Shown here: positions 53,567 to 63,657 of the stretch, one piece after another
Position numbering within the stretch: position 1 is the first letter of the stretch
Layout of the letters: every line of letters begins with the position of its first letter
Virus record (IMG/VR): IMGVR_UViG_3300045988_141624
Span: 1-64,000 of that record
Reading direction: 5' to 3' (one strand)
Length of the DNA stretch: 64,000 nucleotides
Origin: a virus
Translations under genes and position numbers: made by a program
Notes under the pieces: generated by a model
The model's input: the letters and a program-made list of their open reading frames with translations, nothing else
Told to the model about the DNA's origin: nothing
Database searches by the model: none

Positions 53567-56500
53567 TTAGCGTAGGCTCCCCACTTGAATAGCTGTTGAC
53601 ATAAAATTGTTTTTCAATGTATTTACAAAAGAACTTGCGTCTTTAACATTCGGTAGTACCAACTTTTCAAAATTAAACTGATTATTGGTGTCTCCACTTC
53701 CAGAATTATTATTTGCCCCCAACATGCTTAACCATTGTGACGGATGATATTGTCCAATTTCCATTAAATTTTGCGCCAATGTATGAGGAACAATACCAGA
53801 ACCACGACTCAAAGGTGCTAAAATATTCTGTTGTGACGGAATATATAATTCGCTACCATTTTCGTTAATATTTCCTATCATGTTTCTAGGAATATATGCA
53901 CTACCAGAAGCAAAGCCCTTGGCTGATAAAGCGCTTTGAGTTTTGCTACCAAACACACCATCAACAGATAAGCCAGAATCTTTTTGGAATTTCTTTAGCG
54001 CATTTACGGTTTGAGTTCCCATAACGCCATCGACCGCCAAGTTCCCATAACCCAAAGAATTTAAAGCGTTTTGCAAAGCCTTTACATTATCGCCTTTACT
54101 GCCTTTTTTCAGCGTTCCAGAAGATTTAGTTGATGAACTTCCTCCACCACTGCTTTTTCCAGGAGAAATGTAATTATCATCCAACTGCTGAAGAATAGAG
54201 TTATATTGACTAATGAAACTCTTTAAATTACCAAGTCTCTTTTCCCAATTCTTTTGTTCTTCATTTACACCAAATATCTGTTGAGCAATTAATCTCTTTT
54301 GGTTATTTTCATAAGAATCAGCAGCTTCTTGCCACAAATCCTTATAATCTTCCCAATATTGTATTTTCTCATCATATTTATCTTCGGAAGCTTGCTTTTG
54401 ATTTTGTAAATCCTCTAATTCTTTTTCATAAGCTTGTTTTCGTCTTACTTCATCTAAGTTCTTTTGAGCTTCATTTACAGCGCCTATGTCACTTTCATAA
54501 ACAAAGCCCTTTCCCTCACGATATATTCTAACTCGCGTGTTCTCAGCTTTAGCAAGACTCTCCAATGCTTCTTCTAATTCTAATTGCTTATCTAACTCTT
54601 CATTTTGCTTTTGCAACGCTTTTATTTTAGCATCCCAATACTCTTGCTCTTTCTTCTTTTGTTTTTCTAACGCTTTTATCTCTTTATCAGCTAAATCATT
54701 GATATAGTCTAAAGCGTCTTCGTAGTTTTCTTTTTGTCTTTGTAGCGCTTCTTTTGCTGCATCGGACGTTTGCTTAGAAGCAGAACTTGTTTTAGATTTA
54801 GACTTAGAGCTAGATTTTTTAGAAGATTTTTTACTAGAACTTTTTTTCTTTACACCAGGAGCAGACCAATTTTGAGCAATAGGCGAAACACCGTCAATTG
54901 TTCCGTCCCCACTTAAAATATCTCTGGTGTCTTGAGCATTATATACCACATCGCCTTTGTGTAGGTATCCTAATTCAGCTCCATGTTCACCCGCTATATA
55001 AGCATTTCTACCATGTTTATCTGTTACAAGCTCAGGCCCTTTTTCACCCAACCAAGATAATTCATTCTTGGGTGCACCGGTCGGAGGAGTGCCCGTCCAA
55101 CTACCTTTTACTTTTGATAAATAATTGTTTACAATATCGTCATAACTCGGGTTTCCTGCGCCTGGCCCCGTCACTTTTGTTTGTATCGTAACCGTTTTAA
55201 CAATGTTTGGCATTTTGCGCACATCGTTAAATTGGTCTTGAACAGTAGTTAAATCTTTTTGAGCGTCCTCAGAATCAACATCAACATGCAATAAAGCTCT
55301 AAGCTCAACATCAGACGCCTCTTTAGCTTTGGCTATTTCCTCATCAATTTTTTCCAACGGAGTATTACCGTTTTCATCGCTTACATCAGTTTTAATATTT
55401 ACTTTCTTAATTATCTCACTGATTTCAGAGCTTGTAAAGCCCATTTTTGATAAGAAAGCCACCAAATCAGATAATTTAGCAGTCGCTTGACCCGTACTAG
55501 CGTCAACACTAATAATCTTTTGTTGAGTTAATAAATCCGTCCAAGCCTGAGTAGAAGATTGTAAATCTAATATTTCAACCCCAGCTGCTTTAGCTTGTTC
55601 TATAAAATTATAAAACTCAACATCGGTCATACCCATGGCTGTTTGAGCATCAGCACCAAGCATTAATAATTTTTTACCATTATCATCTACAACTAGACCA
55701 AGTTCACTAGCTTTTGACATCAATGAATCAAAATCGTATTCTATAACCCCGCCTGTTTGTTTGTAAGCTTCCAACAAAGCAGAAAGAGCTTCTCGTGGTA
55801 TGCCTAGTGCTTGTGCTAATTTTTCAGCATTTTTAATCATAATATTGCCTGCGGCGTCAACACTAGCAATATCAGGAGTTACCCCAGCGCCTGAAATAAG
55901 GTCACCTAGCTTAGAATAATCTCCATCTTTAATAAACTTATAGAAGCTTTGGTATCTTTCTCTCGCAGTTTTCTCAGCTAAATCCCAATTACCATTGAAA
56001 TCAGCATACCAATTCTCACCAAAGAATATGCTCATTAACTCTTGGGTCTGAGCACCACGATTTCCTTCAGCAAGATTTTTCATCAACTGCTCATAACCTT
56101 TTGACATATTAGCTAAATGAGCGGTTTCAGGTTCTATTTTTAAAGCAGCTGTTACTCTATCAGAAATGCCTTGTGCACCAGCTTCAATTTCATCGCCTTC
56201 TGCCTTTAAGGCATTGCGCATTTGGGCTAAAGAATCTTTAAACTTAGGAGCATATTCAGACTCGGCTAAATTTAATAAAATTTTCCTAGATTCTTCTATG
56301 CTCTTGTTACCAATCGAAAAATCAGAACTATTAATAGTTTTTACAAGATTATCATAGTCTTGAGCATTTTTAATTTCAGCTGCGCCCATTTGAGTAAGAG
56401 CTTCAATACCCTCTTTTTTAATGGACTCAATATAAGCGTCTTGGGCTGAATTTACTTTATCTTGAGCCTCTTGCAGACTTGACAACTTGGTAGAAACAGC

Positions 56501-59500
56501 ACCCAGTGCATCTGATACATCCATTCCTGCTCCTTCGGCTTGTCTAAGCTTATTGAGCATTATAGAAAGTTTAGATATTTGTTCTTCAACAGGGGCGTTA
56601 TTGTCCCACATTTTGCCCCACTCGTCACCAAAGACTTGTCTAAATTGCCTTAATGCGGAACCCGTTGCTTCCACAGACGCAGTTTGAGCTTCCTTTAACC
56701 CCTTCTCAGCTTCTACTATTTGAGCTTGTAAATATGTACTATTGTTTGCTAATCTCTTACTATAAATTCCACCAAGAATTTGAGATTGCTCTTCATACTT
56801 CCCATTAACTAAATCTATACCAGCTGCCTCATCGCCAATTGAATCTACAATCTTGCCTTGTAATTCACTCAACTGTTTGTTTATAGCAACTCTTTCTTCA
56901 TCACTCTCAGCGTTTTTCTTTTGAGCTGCTAATTCTCTGTATTGAGCTAATTGCTCACCTAGAGTGGTAGTTAATTCACTTTCCTTTTGGCGCAATTCTT
57001 CAGCTTTTTGTTGCTGCTCAGCTCTAACTTGACTAGCATGAGCAGAAAGAGCAGAAAAAATACTAATACCAGCGCTTAAAATGCCTAGGAATCCACCGAC
57101 CCCCATAACCCTTGAGAAAGCACCTACGCCACTTGCTAAAGAACTAAACGCACCCTCGCCAACAGAACGTAAAGAACTAAATGCAGAAGTCGCTGCTTTT
57201 ATAGCTACTGGAATGTTTTTAAACGGTTCTATTAAACTAGTAAAACTATTTTTTAAATTGTTTACTGCATTAGGAAATTGATTTCCTATAAAAATTCCCG
57301 CAAATGTTACCAAAACGGGTATAAAAGTTTGTAGTCCACCCAAAGCATTTGCCACTTCTAAAATAGATGTAGCAAAACTAAGTATAGTTTTTACAGCGCC
57401 TGAACTAATACCTTTTGTAAAGAAGGCTTCAAACTGAGCCGTAAGCCCCGCTATTTTACCTTCAATAGAATCAAGATATGCCGCATTTTCTCTTGAGGCA
57501 GAACCAAAAGAGTTCATAGCGACTTCACTTGCACCAACCGCGCTATCAAAGTTTGAAAGCACACTGTTTACAACGTCTCATTTGTATTAAGTTAATATAA
57601 TTAACCGTAAATAAATTTAGCTAACTCCTTTTTATAAGAACCATCTCTAAACGTCCAATATGGCAATCTCAATAAAGGAATATTATTATTTTTACAATAT
57701 TTATTTTTTATTTCATCTCTTTTTTTCTGATTTAATAAACACTCTTCATCTGTTTTTTGCGTGGTTGTAAAATGAAATATGCCGTCCACTTCTATTAGTT
57801 TTAAATTAGAATCTTGTTTAATACAATAATCAAACCTTAATTTTCTTTTATAAACACAATCATCAAAAGAAAATTCTTTAATATATTTTATATTATTATT
57901 GTTCAACCAATCTTCTACCAAAAACATTATAGAAGAAGTAGCTTTTGTACAAACCGTACATCTTGTTTGTCCTCTTAAAAAAGAAGCTAAACTTACTGTA
58001 AAAAATTTCCCACAACCACACTTCATAATTAAATGTTTTTTATTTGTATCAATTTCTTTTAAACAACACGACAGCTTATTTCTAACAATATAGTGTTTAA
58101 TATTATAAATAAAATAAGGATTATCCCATTTGAAAAACCGAGTTTTTAATTTGTTATACCTGTTTAAAGATAAATAACTTATAACACTTCTATACCCTTC
58201 CTTGTTTTCAAACGGCAATAACTCTTTAATATTATTATACTTATCAAACAATGGAATTAATTCCAAACTTTCAAATGTCTTTTTAACGTATTCTATCTTG
58301 TGTTGCTTATATTCATGAGCTCTTTTTATCGAGCATTTTTGACAAGTACAACATTCACTTTCTAAAAAATGATACAAAGTCTTTGGATAAATTTCCCCAC
58401 ACTTCTCACAAACAAAAAACAGAGGGCTTTTATTTGCGTTTATATATTCTTCACTAATCAAAGACGTATTTTTATGCATTATTTTAATATAATGTCGTAT
58501 ATTTTCTATGGTGTAAGGATTATACTTAGAATATCTTTGAAACTTATAAGTATTACTCATTTTTATTGCTTCCTTTGATAATAAATACTTATAACCTTCA
58601 CCATCTACACAAAAAATTTTATCCTTTATTCTTCGGACGTTTACATATCCATTCTTTAATAATTCTTTAATTTCTTCCATTTTATTTCCTTGCTAAATTT
58701 ATTCACTCTTATACTTTCATATAAGATTAGACTATATTTTTATCACAATATAAAATCGTAATAACTGGCTCTTTCCACATAAATACTATGTGTACCCTAC
58801 TTGCTTCGTCTATTAAAATAGCTTATTCTATTATATAATAGTTACATTTATTAATTCTTATAAAAACTTATTAATTCTTATAGAAACTAATTGCTTTTGG
58901 TAGTCGTTGAACCTTATTCTATATTTCAATAGAATCTTGGCTGCGGATTGACCATATATCTTTACGCTTTTTACCATACTCTAGTTAGTTACTCTAAACC
59001 ATTGAAACATTGCTGTCTCAACTTGGTACGCAAAGCTTTAGGCTTCCATGTCTTTTACACAGAAATAGTAAACCACTCTATCTTCCCCGCAATTTAGCCA
59101 GTACGGGCTTATGTTGCAAAACCTGGGTTTTCTTGTTTGTTAGCTTTTGCTTTCACAAAAGAACGGATTATATTTTAATATTGTTCAAAACAATACCGCA
59201 GACTCTTTCCATATATACATATGTACTCTACTCGCTTCGTCCATTTATATGGCTTATTCTATCATACGATAGTTACATTTGTCAACTTAAAGTCAACTGC
59301 TTTTGATAATCTCTGAACCTTATTCTATATTTCAATAGAATCTTGGCTGCGGATTGACCATATATCCTTATACTTTTTACTATATCTTAGTTAATTACTC
59401 CAAGCCCCTAATATATCACTATATTAAGTTAGTATATAAGGCTCTTAGGCATCCATGTTAAACACAGATAAAAGTGATGAACCTTTTCTTTCCCGCAATT

Positions 59501-60864
59501 AAGTCTGTCCGTGGCTCAACCCTAGAGTCAACCACCTATCAAAGAGGCATAATAATTTTTAGTATTCTGGTCTAACGTATCCCAAATACCAGATAATTCC
59601 GAAAAAATTTCAAACGTAGATTTTAACTGTCCACCAGTACCCATTAGGGTTATACCGATTTTGTTAAAATCTTTTTCCATAGAGGCTAATAAGTCAAGGT
59701 TTTGTTCCCCTGAATCATCCATAGCCTGTAAATTCAATGTAATGGTTCTTAAACCACGAGCAACACGACTTGCTTGCCCAGGCATCATCTCGGTGCCTGC
59801 TGTTAGTACATTATATTAATAAAGAATCGTTACTTCTTTATGAATTGCACAAAACAATTCCTTACACTTTCATGTAAGATTAGATTATATCTTGTTTATA
59901 ATAAAATATAAACTGCCCCGTTTCCCCGCACTTGCGAGTATGCTATATTACAATAGACTTACTAATCGTTGAACTTTTTTCCATTGTCTATGGAAACTTA
60001 GCTGCGGATAACCCAATATTTATTTTTGTTACTATACCAAAAACATTACTTTTTGCCATCATAATATTACTATTATAATTTAGTAAATAAATCTCTAAGG
60101 GCTTCCCCGTCAATTAGAGGCATTTTACTAGACCAACTATTTTAGCCTAATGTTTGTTCCATGCTATTCCCAGCTTGCGCCATCGTAGCGGCAACTTTAG
60201 GAACAGCCGTGGCTAAATCACCTGAAGATACTGCAAACTTATTTGCTACTTCGTTTACAGCGTCTACAATATGCTCTGAATCTGCTGCTGTAATATTAAA
60301 TGCTTTCATTTGAGAAATCAAGAAAGCAGCAGCGTCACCAGCACTTACTTCTTCATCAGCAACATTCTGGAACATAGAAGCAACTTCAGCCAATTGAAGA
60401 GATTCTACATCATTAAAACCAGATTTAGTAAATTCAGTTGCAGCTTCAATTACTTGTGTAGCCGTTCTCGCAACCTTTTCACCAACCTGTAAAGCTCTAT
60501 TGCCAAATTGCTCTAGTTCAGCACCCGTCATGTCACTGACTTTTCTTAATTCTGTCATAGCTGCGTCTAATTCAAAAACAGAAGACACACCTTTTCTAAA
60601 AGAATTGTAAACAGAATCAATTATTTTTGTACCAATTTGCCATCTTGAGTTCTTATCAATAATACTGCTCAAGGACTGACTAGTTTTGTCCATGGCTTTA
60701 TTCATTTTATTGAAACCAGAAGTGGCAGATTTAGTACCAGCGTCACCAAATTTAAAACCCTTAAAGTTTGAAGCAAGCTTATTAAGCTGTCCTTGTAAAT
60801 TGTTTTCATCTAAAAGGGCTTTAACGTTAATACTATAATTATTACTTCCTGGCAAATAAACCAC
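53567..60864 (-). CDS. Tail tape-measure protein interrupted by three group I introns. Proposed exons: 60864-60150, 59808-59531, 59153-59121, 59559-53567 corrected to 57559-53567.
   Basis: The N-terminal fragment has a TP901-type TMP core (MTELRKVSDMTGAELEQFG...). The fragment 59788-59528 continues it (AGTEMMPGQASRVARGLR). The large C-terminal ORF is coiled-coil rich and carries a PG_binding_1 domain. The proposed exons sum to 5019 nt, which is 1673 codons. Junctions are uncertain by a few nt. Confidence 0.75.
57560..59120 (-). mobile_element. Group I intron (TMP intron 3) with an endonuclease ORF in its 3' region
   Basis: Core strings aattgcggggaag, atccgcagccaagattc, ggttcaacgactacc and aatatagtct precede ORF 58680-57601. 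It is a paralogue of intron 2. Confidence 0.65.
57601..58680 (-). CDS. Intron-encoded putative homing endonuclease: repeated zinc-ribbon modules plus a C-terminal PD-(D/E)XK (Vsr/DUF559-like) domain
   Basis: Several CxxC...CxxC pairs (CEKC..CCTCQKC, CGC..CTVC). The C-terminus reads RFDYCI...LIEVDGIFH...K..D, then PLLRLPYW. Confidence 0.5.
   Translation of the reverse strand: MEEIKELLKNGYVNVRRIKDKIFCVDGEGYKYLLSKEAIKMSNTYKFQRYSKYNPYTIENIRHYIKIMHKNTSLISEEYINANKSPLFFVCEKCGEIYPKTLYHFLESECCTCQKCSIKRAHEYKQHKIEYVKKTFESLELIPLFDKYNNIKELLPFENKEGYRSVISYLSLNRYNKLKTRFFKWDNPYFIYNIKHYIVRNKLSCCLKEIDTNKKHLIMKCGCGKFFTVSLASFLRGQTRCTVCTKATSSIMFLVEDWLNNNNIKYIKEFSFDDCVYKRKLRFDYCIKQDSNLKLIEVDGIFHFTTTQKTDEECLLNQKKRDEIKNKYCKNNNIPLLRLPYWTFRDGSYKKELAKFIYG
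59154..59530 (-). mobile_element. Group I intron (TMP intron 2, no ORF)
   Basis: The exon end gtggU can pair with the intron sequence gccac (P1-like). Core strings aattgcgggaaag, atccgcagccaag and atataatcc. It ends ..ttgtG. Confidence 0.65.
59809..60149 (-). mobile_element. Group I intron (TMP intron 1, no ORF)
   Basis: Minus-strand core strings aattgacggggaag, atccgcagctaag, ttcaacgatta and gatataatct. An alternative in-frame 5' splice site lies at 60144. Confidence 0.7.
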
Positions 60865-60882
60865 CTCATTATTGCCATAAGA

Positions 60883-61422
60883 TTATTTCTTTTTCAAATT
60901 CCCACTAACCCTATATTTTTTCATTGTTGAAGCGGCGATTAAAATAGAATCAGAAATATCATCATCATTTTTAGAAGAACCAGGAGACACAAAAATTAAA
61001 TTCAGATTAAACATCTGATTGGCCAACTTAATAGAGTTTTCTTTTAATTTATCCCTCTTTTGGTCAGCTCTGTCCCCACTAAATATCCCAATATTTTTCC
61101 TCCAAGTAGAAACAGGAATAAAATCTATCATTAAATCAGGATAATCTTTTTTAAACAACAACAAAGACCCCTGTACAGCCCCTAATTGCACCAAAGTTTT
61201 CTTCCCTTTTTGAGAAAATAAGGGCACATCTTCTACTACTAATCTATCTGGACGATATTGTTTAATTACATCATTTAACTGTGTAAAAATATCTACTATT
61301 CTTTCACGCCAATCTTCATGTTTACGCTTTGGCACAATTTTACCATAAGCCAATAATTCATCATTAAAAAAAATGCTCCAACCAGTACAATTGGTTGAAG
61401 CATCTACACCCATAATTATCAT
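60883..61422 (-). CDS. ruvC: RuvC-like Holliday junction resolvase
   Basis: MGVDASTNCTGWSIF (first Asp), LVVEDVPLF (Glu) and DDISDSILIA (Asp pair). Confidence 0.75.
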   Translation of the reverse strand: MIIMGVDASTNCTGWSIFFNDELLAYGKIVPKRKHEDWRERIVDIFTQLNDVIKQYRPDRLVVEDVPLFSQKGKKTLVQLGAVQGSLLLFKKDYPDLMIDFIPVSTWRKNIGIFSGDRADQKRDKLKENSIKLANQMFNLNLIFVSPGSSKNDDDISDSILIAASTMKKYRVSGNLKKK

Positions 61423-61431
61423 TTTGTTCCC

Positions 61432-61899
61432 CTATCTCATTTCTATTCCCTGTTGTTCCATTCCTTCATAAAACCACTGTTTTAGTTTTCCACCATCTAA
61501 TTTAGCAAGCAAAGGAGTGAACGCATTTCTAGCGCCTCGCCATGGGCCATCACCAAAATAAGGGCCCGATAACCCCTCATAAATAATTTCTGCTAAATCT
61601 TTTGTCACACTGCCCGAATATGGACTACCATGCTGATAGATTGATTCATTTACAGTCATCTTAGAATAGTCTTGTTTAAGTTCACCCTCAGCCCCATGAG
61701 ACAAAGAATTGACCTCTGTTACCCAACTATCCCTAAATTGTCCTGTTCGTTGATAAACACTAGGAGCATAAGAGCCATAAACAATATCATCTATTTCCAT
61801 TTTATATTCTTCCAACATTTTATCCATAACATATTGAACGGCTTTTTGAACAGGAATCCGAAATAAATTGTAAAACTCAGTAGGATTATTCGCAGGCAT
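61432..61899 (-). CDS. Putative head-tail/tail-completion protein (HK97 gp10-like hint)
   Basis: YQRTGQFRDSW resembles the TGxLRxS motif of gp10-family proteins. This is weak evidence. Confidence 0.35.
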   Translation of the reverse strand: MPANNPTEFYNLFRIPVQKAVQYVMDKMLEEYKMEIDDIVYGSYAPSVYQRTGQFRDSWVTEVNSLSHGAEGELKQDYSKMTVNESIYQHGSPYSGSVTKDLAEIIYEGLSGPYFGDGPWRGARNAFTPLLAKLDGGKLKQWFYEGMEQQGIEMR

Positions 61900-61901
61900 A
61901 A

Positions 61902-62387
61902 TTATTCCTTCTTTAATAACTCGTCAGATAAATTCATCTTACTAGCTTTTTCTGCCTGTTTAAGAACCTTTTTCCAATTTACTTTTTTACCACTCTCAAT
62001 AAGCTTTTCTAATTCTTTCAACAACTTGCACACTTCCTTATTGGGATTGGTTTCATGTTCAATATATTCATCAATCTTATCAATGTTGCGAATATGGGAC
62101 TCAATCTCATCAATATATCCATTTGCCCAAATGGTTTCAAAATCCAACCCTGAAATCTCATCATCTGTTAAATCGGTACAGAATTTTAAAATTAAAGCGT
62201 GTTTGGAAACCTCTCTCACGTCATAAGTATCATCTAATTGAATTAAAACATCACCAATATACTTAATAACTTCCCAAGTCAAAAAAGGAATAATCTCTAT
62301 TTCCAAATCCTCTAAATAAATATTCGCAGGACGTTTTAGTTCTGCAATTTTTCTTACCTTTTTTCCCATGCGTTTCACTTCCATCAT
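61902..62387 (-). CDS. Hypothetical acidic protein (possible chaperone)
   Basis: Acidic 161-aa ORF just downstream of a leftward promoter. Confidence 0.4.
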   Translation of the reverse strand: MMEVKRMGKKVRKIAELKRPANIYLEDLEIEIIPFLTWEVIKYIGDVLIQLDDTYDVREVSKHALILKFCTDLTDDEISGLDFETIWANGYIDEIESHIRNIDKIDEYIEHETNPNKEVCKLLKELEKLIESGKKVNWKKVLKQAEKASKMNLSDELLKKE

Positions 62388-62422
62388 ATGTAATGCGGGA
62401 AAATCCCGCTGTTTATATTGAC

Positions 62423-62452
62423 ATTATACTAATTTTCTGTTTAAATGTCAAT
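62423..62452 (-). promoter_or_regulatory. Leftward promoter inside the late region, followed by a small hairpin
   Basis: On the minus strand: TTGACA (62452-62447), an 18-nt spacer, then TATAAT (62428-62423). A hairpin gcggga/tcccgc lies at 62395-62409. Confidence 0.5.
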
Positions 62453-62456
62453 ACCT

Positions 62457-62849
62457 TTATTTCGTATTGGCAATAATAGCCTCTACTGTATTTCTTACCC
62501 AAGCATCATAGTCTGCTACGGTTGATTTAATAGCATTTTTAATTTCAGTGCTTGCAATCTGTTCAAACGCATTTTTGGTAATCTCAAAAGCCTGTTGTTG
62601 TTCTTCAATATCAAACTTACCATCAGCTTTTAAAGATTTAACATAGGTTTCAGAAGTTGTTACAACAATATCTTCTAGCATAGAATAAGCACGACTTAAA
62701 TATGTATCCACCGTTTCATTTTCAGTCTTACTCTTTAGCCAATTTGTTGCTTTCTTGACCCCATAAACAATCAAAGCAGACACCAATGGAACCGTAACAG
62801 TAATAATTGTTTGTAGCGCAGTCATAATAACATCATTAAAACTTCCCAT
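62457..62849 (-). CDS. Putative holin (LL-H-family-like: a single N-terminal TM helix plus a long helical tail)
   Basis: TM helix VIMTALQTIITVTVPLVSALIVYGV, then a charged helical C-terminus ending ..VEAIIANTK. Confidence 0.45.
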   Translation of the reverse strand: MGSFNDVIMTALQTIITVTVPLVSALIVYGVKKATNWLKSKTENETVDTYLSRAYSMLEDIVVTTSETYVKSLKADGKFDIEEQQQAFEITKNAFEQIASTEIKNAIKSTVADYDAWVRNTVEAIIANTK

Positions 62850-62895
62850 AACATAGCCTCCTGTTAAAATTATTATTACTTAACAACTAGTCCTT

Positions 62896-63279
62896 TTAAA
62901 GTGTTGATACACTCTTTACATAGTAGAAAACAAAAGCCCCAAACAACACAATGGTAATAAAATTCTTTTTCAAAAATCCCAAAATATCAAATTTACCCTT
63001 TTCATCCACTTCTTCTACTTCATTCTCTATCCTCATTAAATTCTCTTCCATTTTTTTAACTACTTCTCGGTTATGCTCTACGTCTTTTATATTTTGTTCC
63101 AACAAATAATTAGTTTTCATCATTGTTTTATTTAATTCGCTCAACATATTATTGTTGTTTTTTACCATTGTTGTTAGATTTGTTATTTGAACCTCTGTTT
63201 TCGCTAAACTTGTCTCGGCTTTCCCCAATCTCTTTTCCAAATTTCGATAATCGTTTTTTATATCTGTAATCCCATCCAT
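62896..63279 (-). CDS. Coiled-coil protein with a C-terminal TM anchor (XhlA-like lysis accessory?)
   Basis: A long heptad-like N-terminus and the C-terminal ITIVLFGAFVFYYV. Its start overlaps the end of the MazF-like gene by 22 nt. Confidence 0.4.
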   Translation of the reverse strand: MDGITDIKNDYRNLEKRLGKAETSLAKTEVQITNLTTMVKNNNNMLSELNKTMMKTNYLLEQNIKDVEHNREVVKKMEENLMRIENEVEEVDEKGKFDILGFLKKNFITIVLFGAFVFYYVKSVSTL

Positions 63280-63656
63280 CCTCTTCCCCTCCCCTTTTTA
63301 TATTTATTATCAAAAATGCCTAGTGCTTTCTTCATTCTGTATTCAATTCTTATCATATCTTTCGGCTCTATCTCTCCTAAATACTGTAATAATTGTCTTT
63401 CTTCCACTGGCATTATTTGTTCTGTTAAAATTGTATTAGATTCCTTCCACAAAAAAGGATATTTATTAACCTCTAAACTATAATGAGTCGGAAGCCATGT
63501 CTTTTGTTTGCTTGTTAAAGGGACACACAAGAACACCGTGCTATAGTGACAACTATAATTATTACCCACTATTAAAACTGGGCGCACACCAAACTGTATA
63601 CTCCCCACTCTTTTCCCTAAGTCAGCTAAATAAATACCTCGCCTCTTAATCAACAT
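63258..63656 (-). CDS. mazF: MazF/EndoA (PemK) family endoribonuclease toxin homologue
   Basis: It aligns end to end with B. subtilis EndoA: KRRGIYLADLGKRVGSIQFGVRPVLIV against [34 protein letters not shown] against LPTHVEI, and TILTEQIMPVEERQL against VILLEQIRTIDKQRL. Confidence 0.8.
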   Translation of the reverse strand: MLIKRRGIYLADLGKRVGSIQFGVRPVLIVGNNYSCHYSTVFLCVPLTSKQKTWLPTHYSLEVNKYPFLWKESNTILTEQIMPVEERQLLQYLGEIEPKDMIRIEYRMKKALGIFDNKYKKGRGRGWMGLQI

Positions 63657-63657
63657 T

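Noticed and set aside
59010-59306. Plus-strand 98-aa ORF.
   Set aside because: It lies antisense within the TMP introns and has no RBS. The region is better explained as ribozyme sequence.
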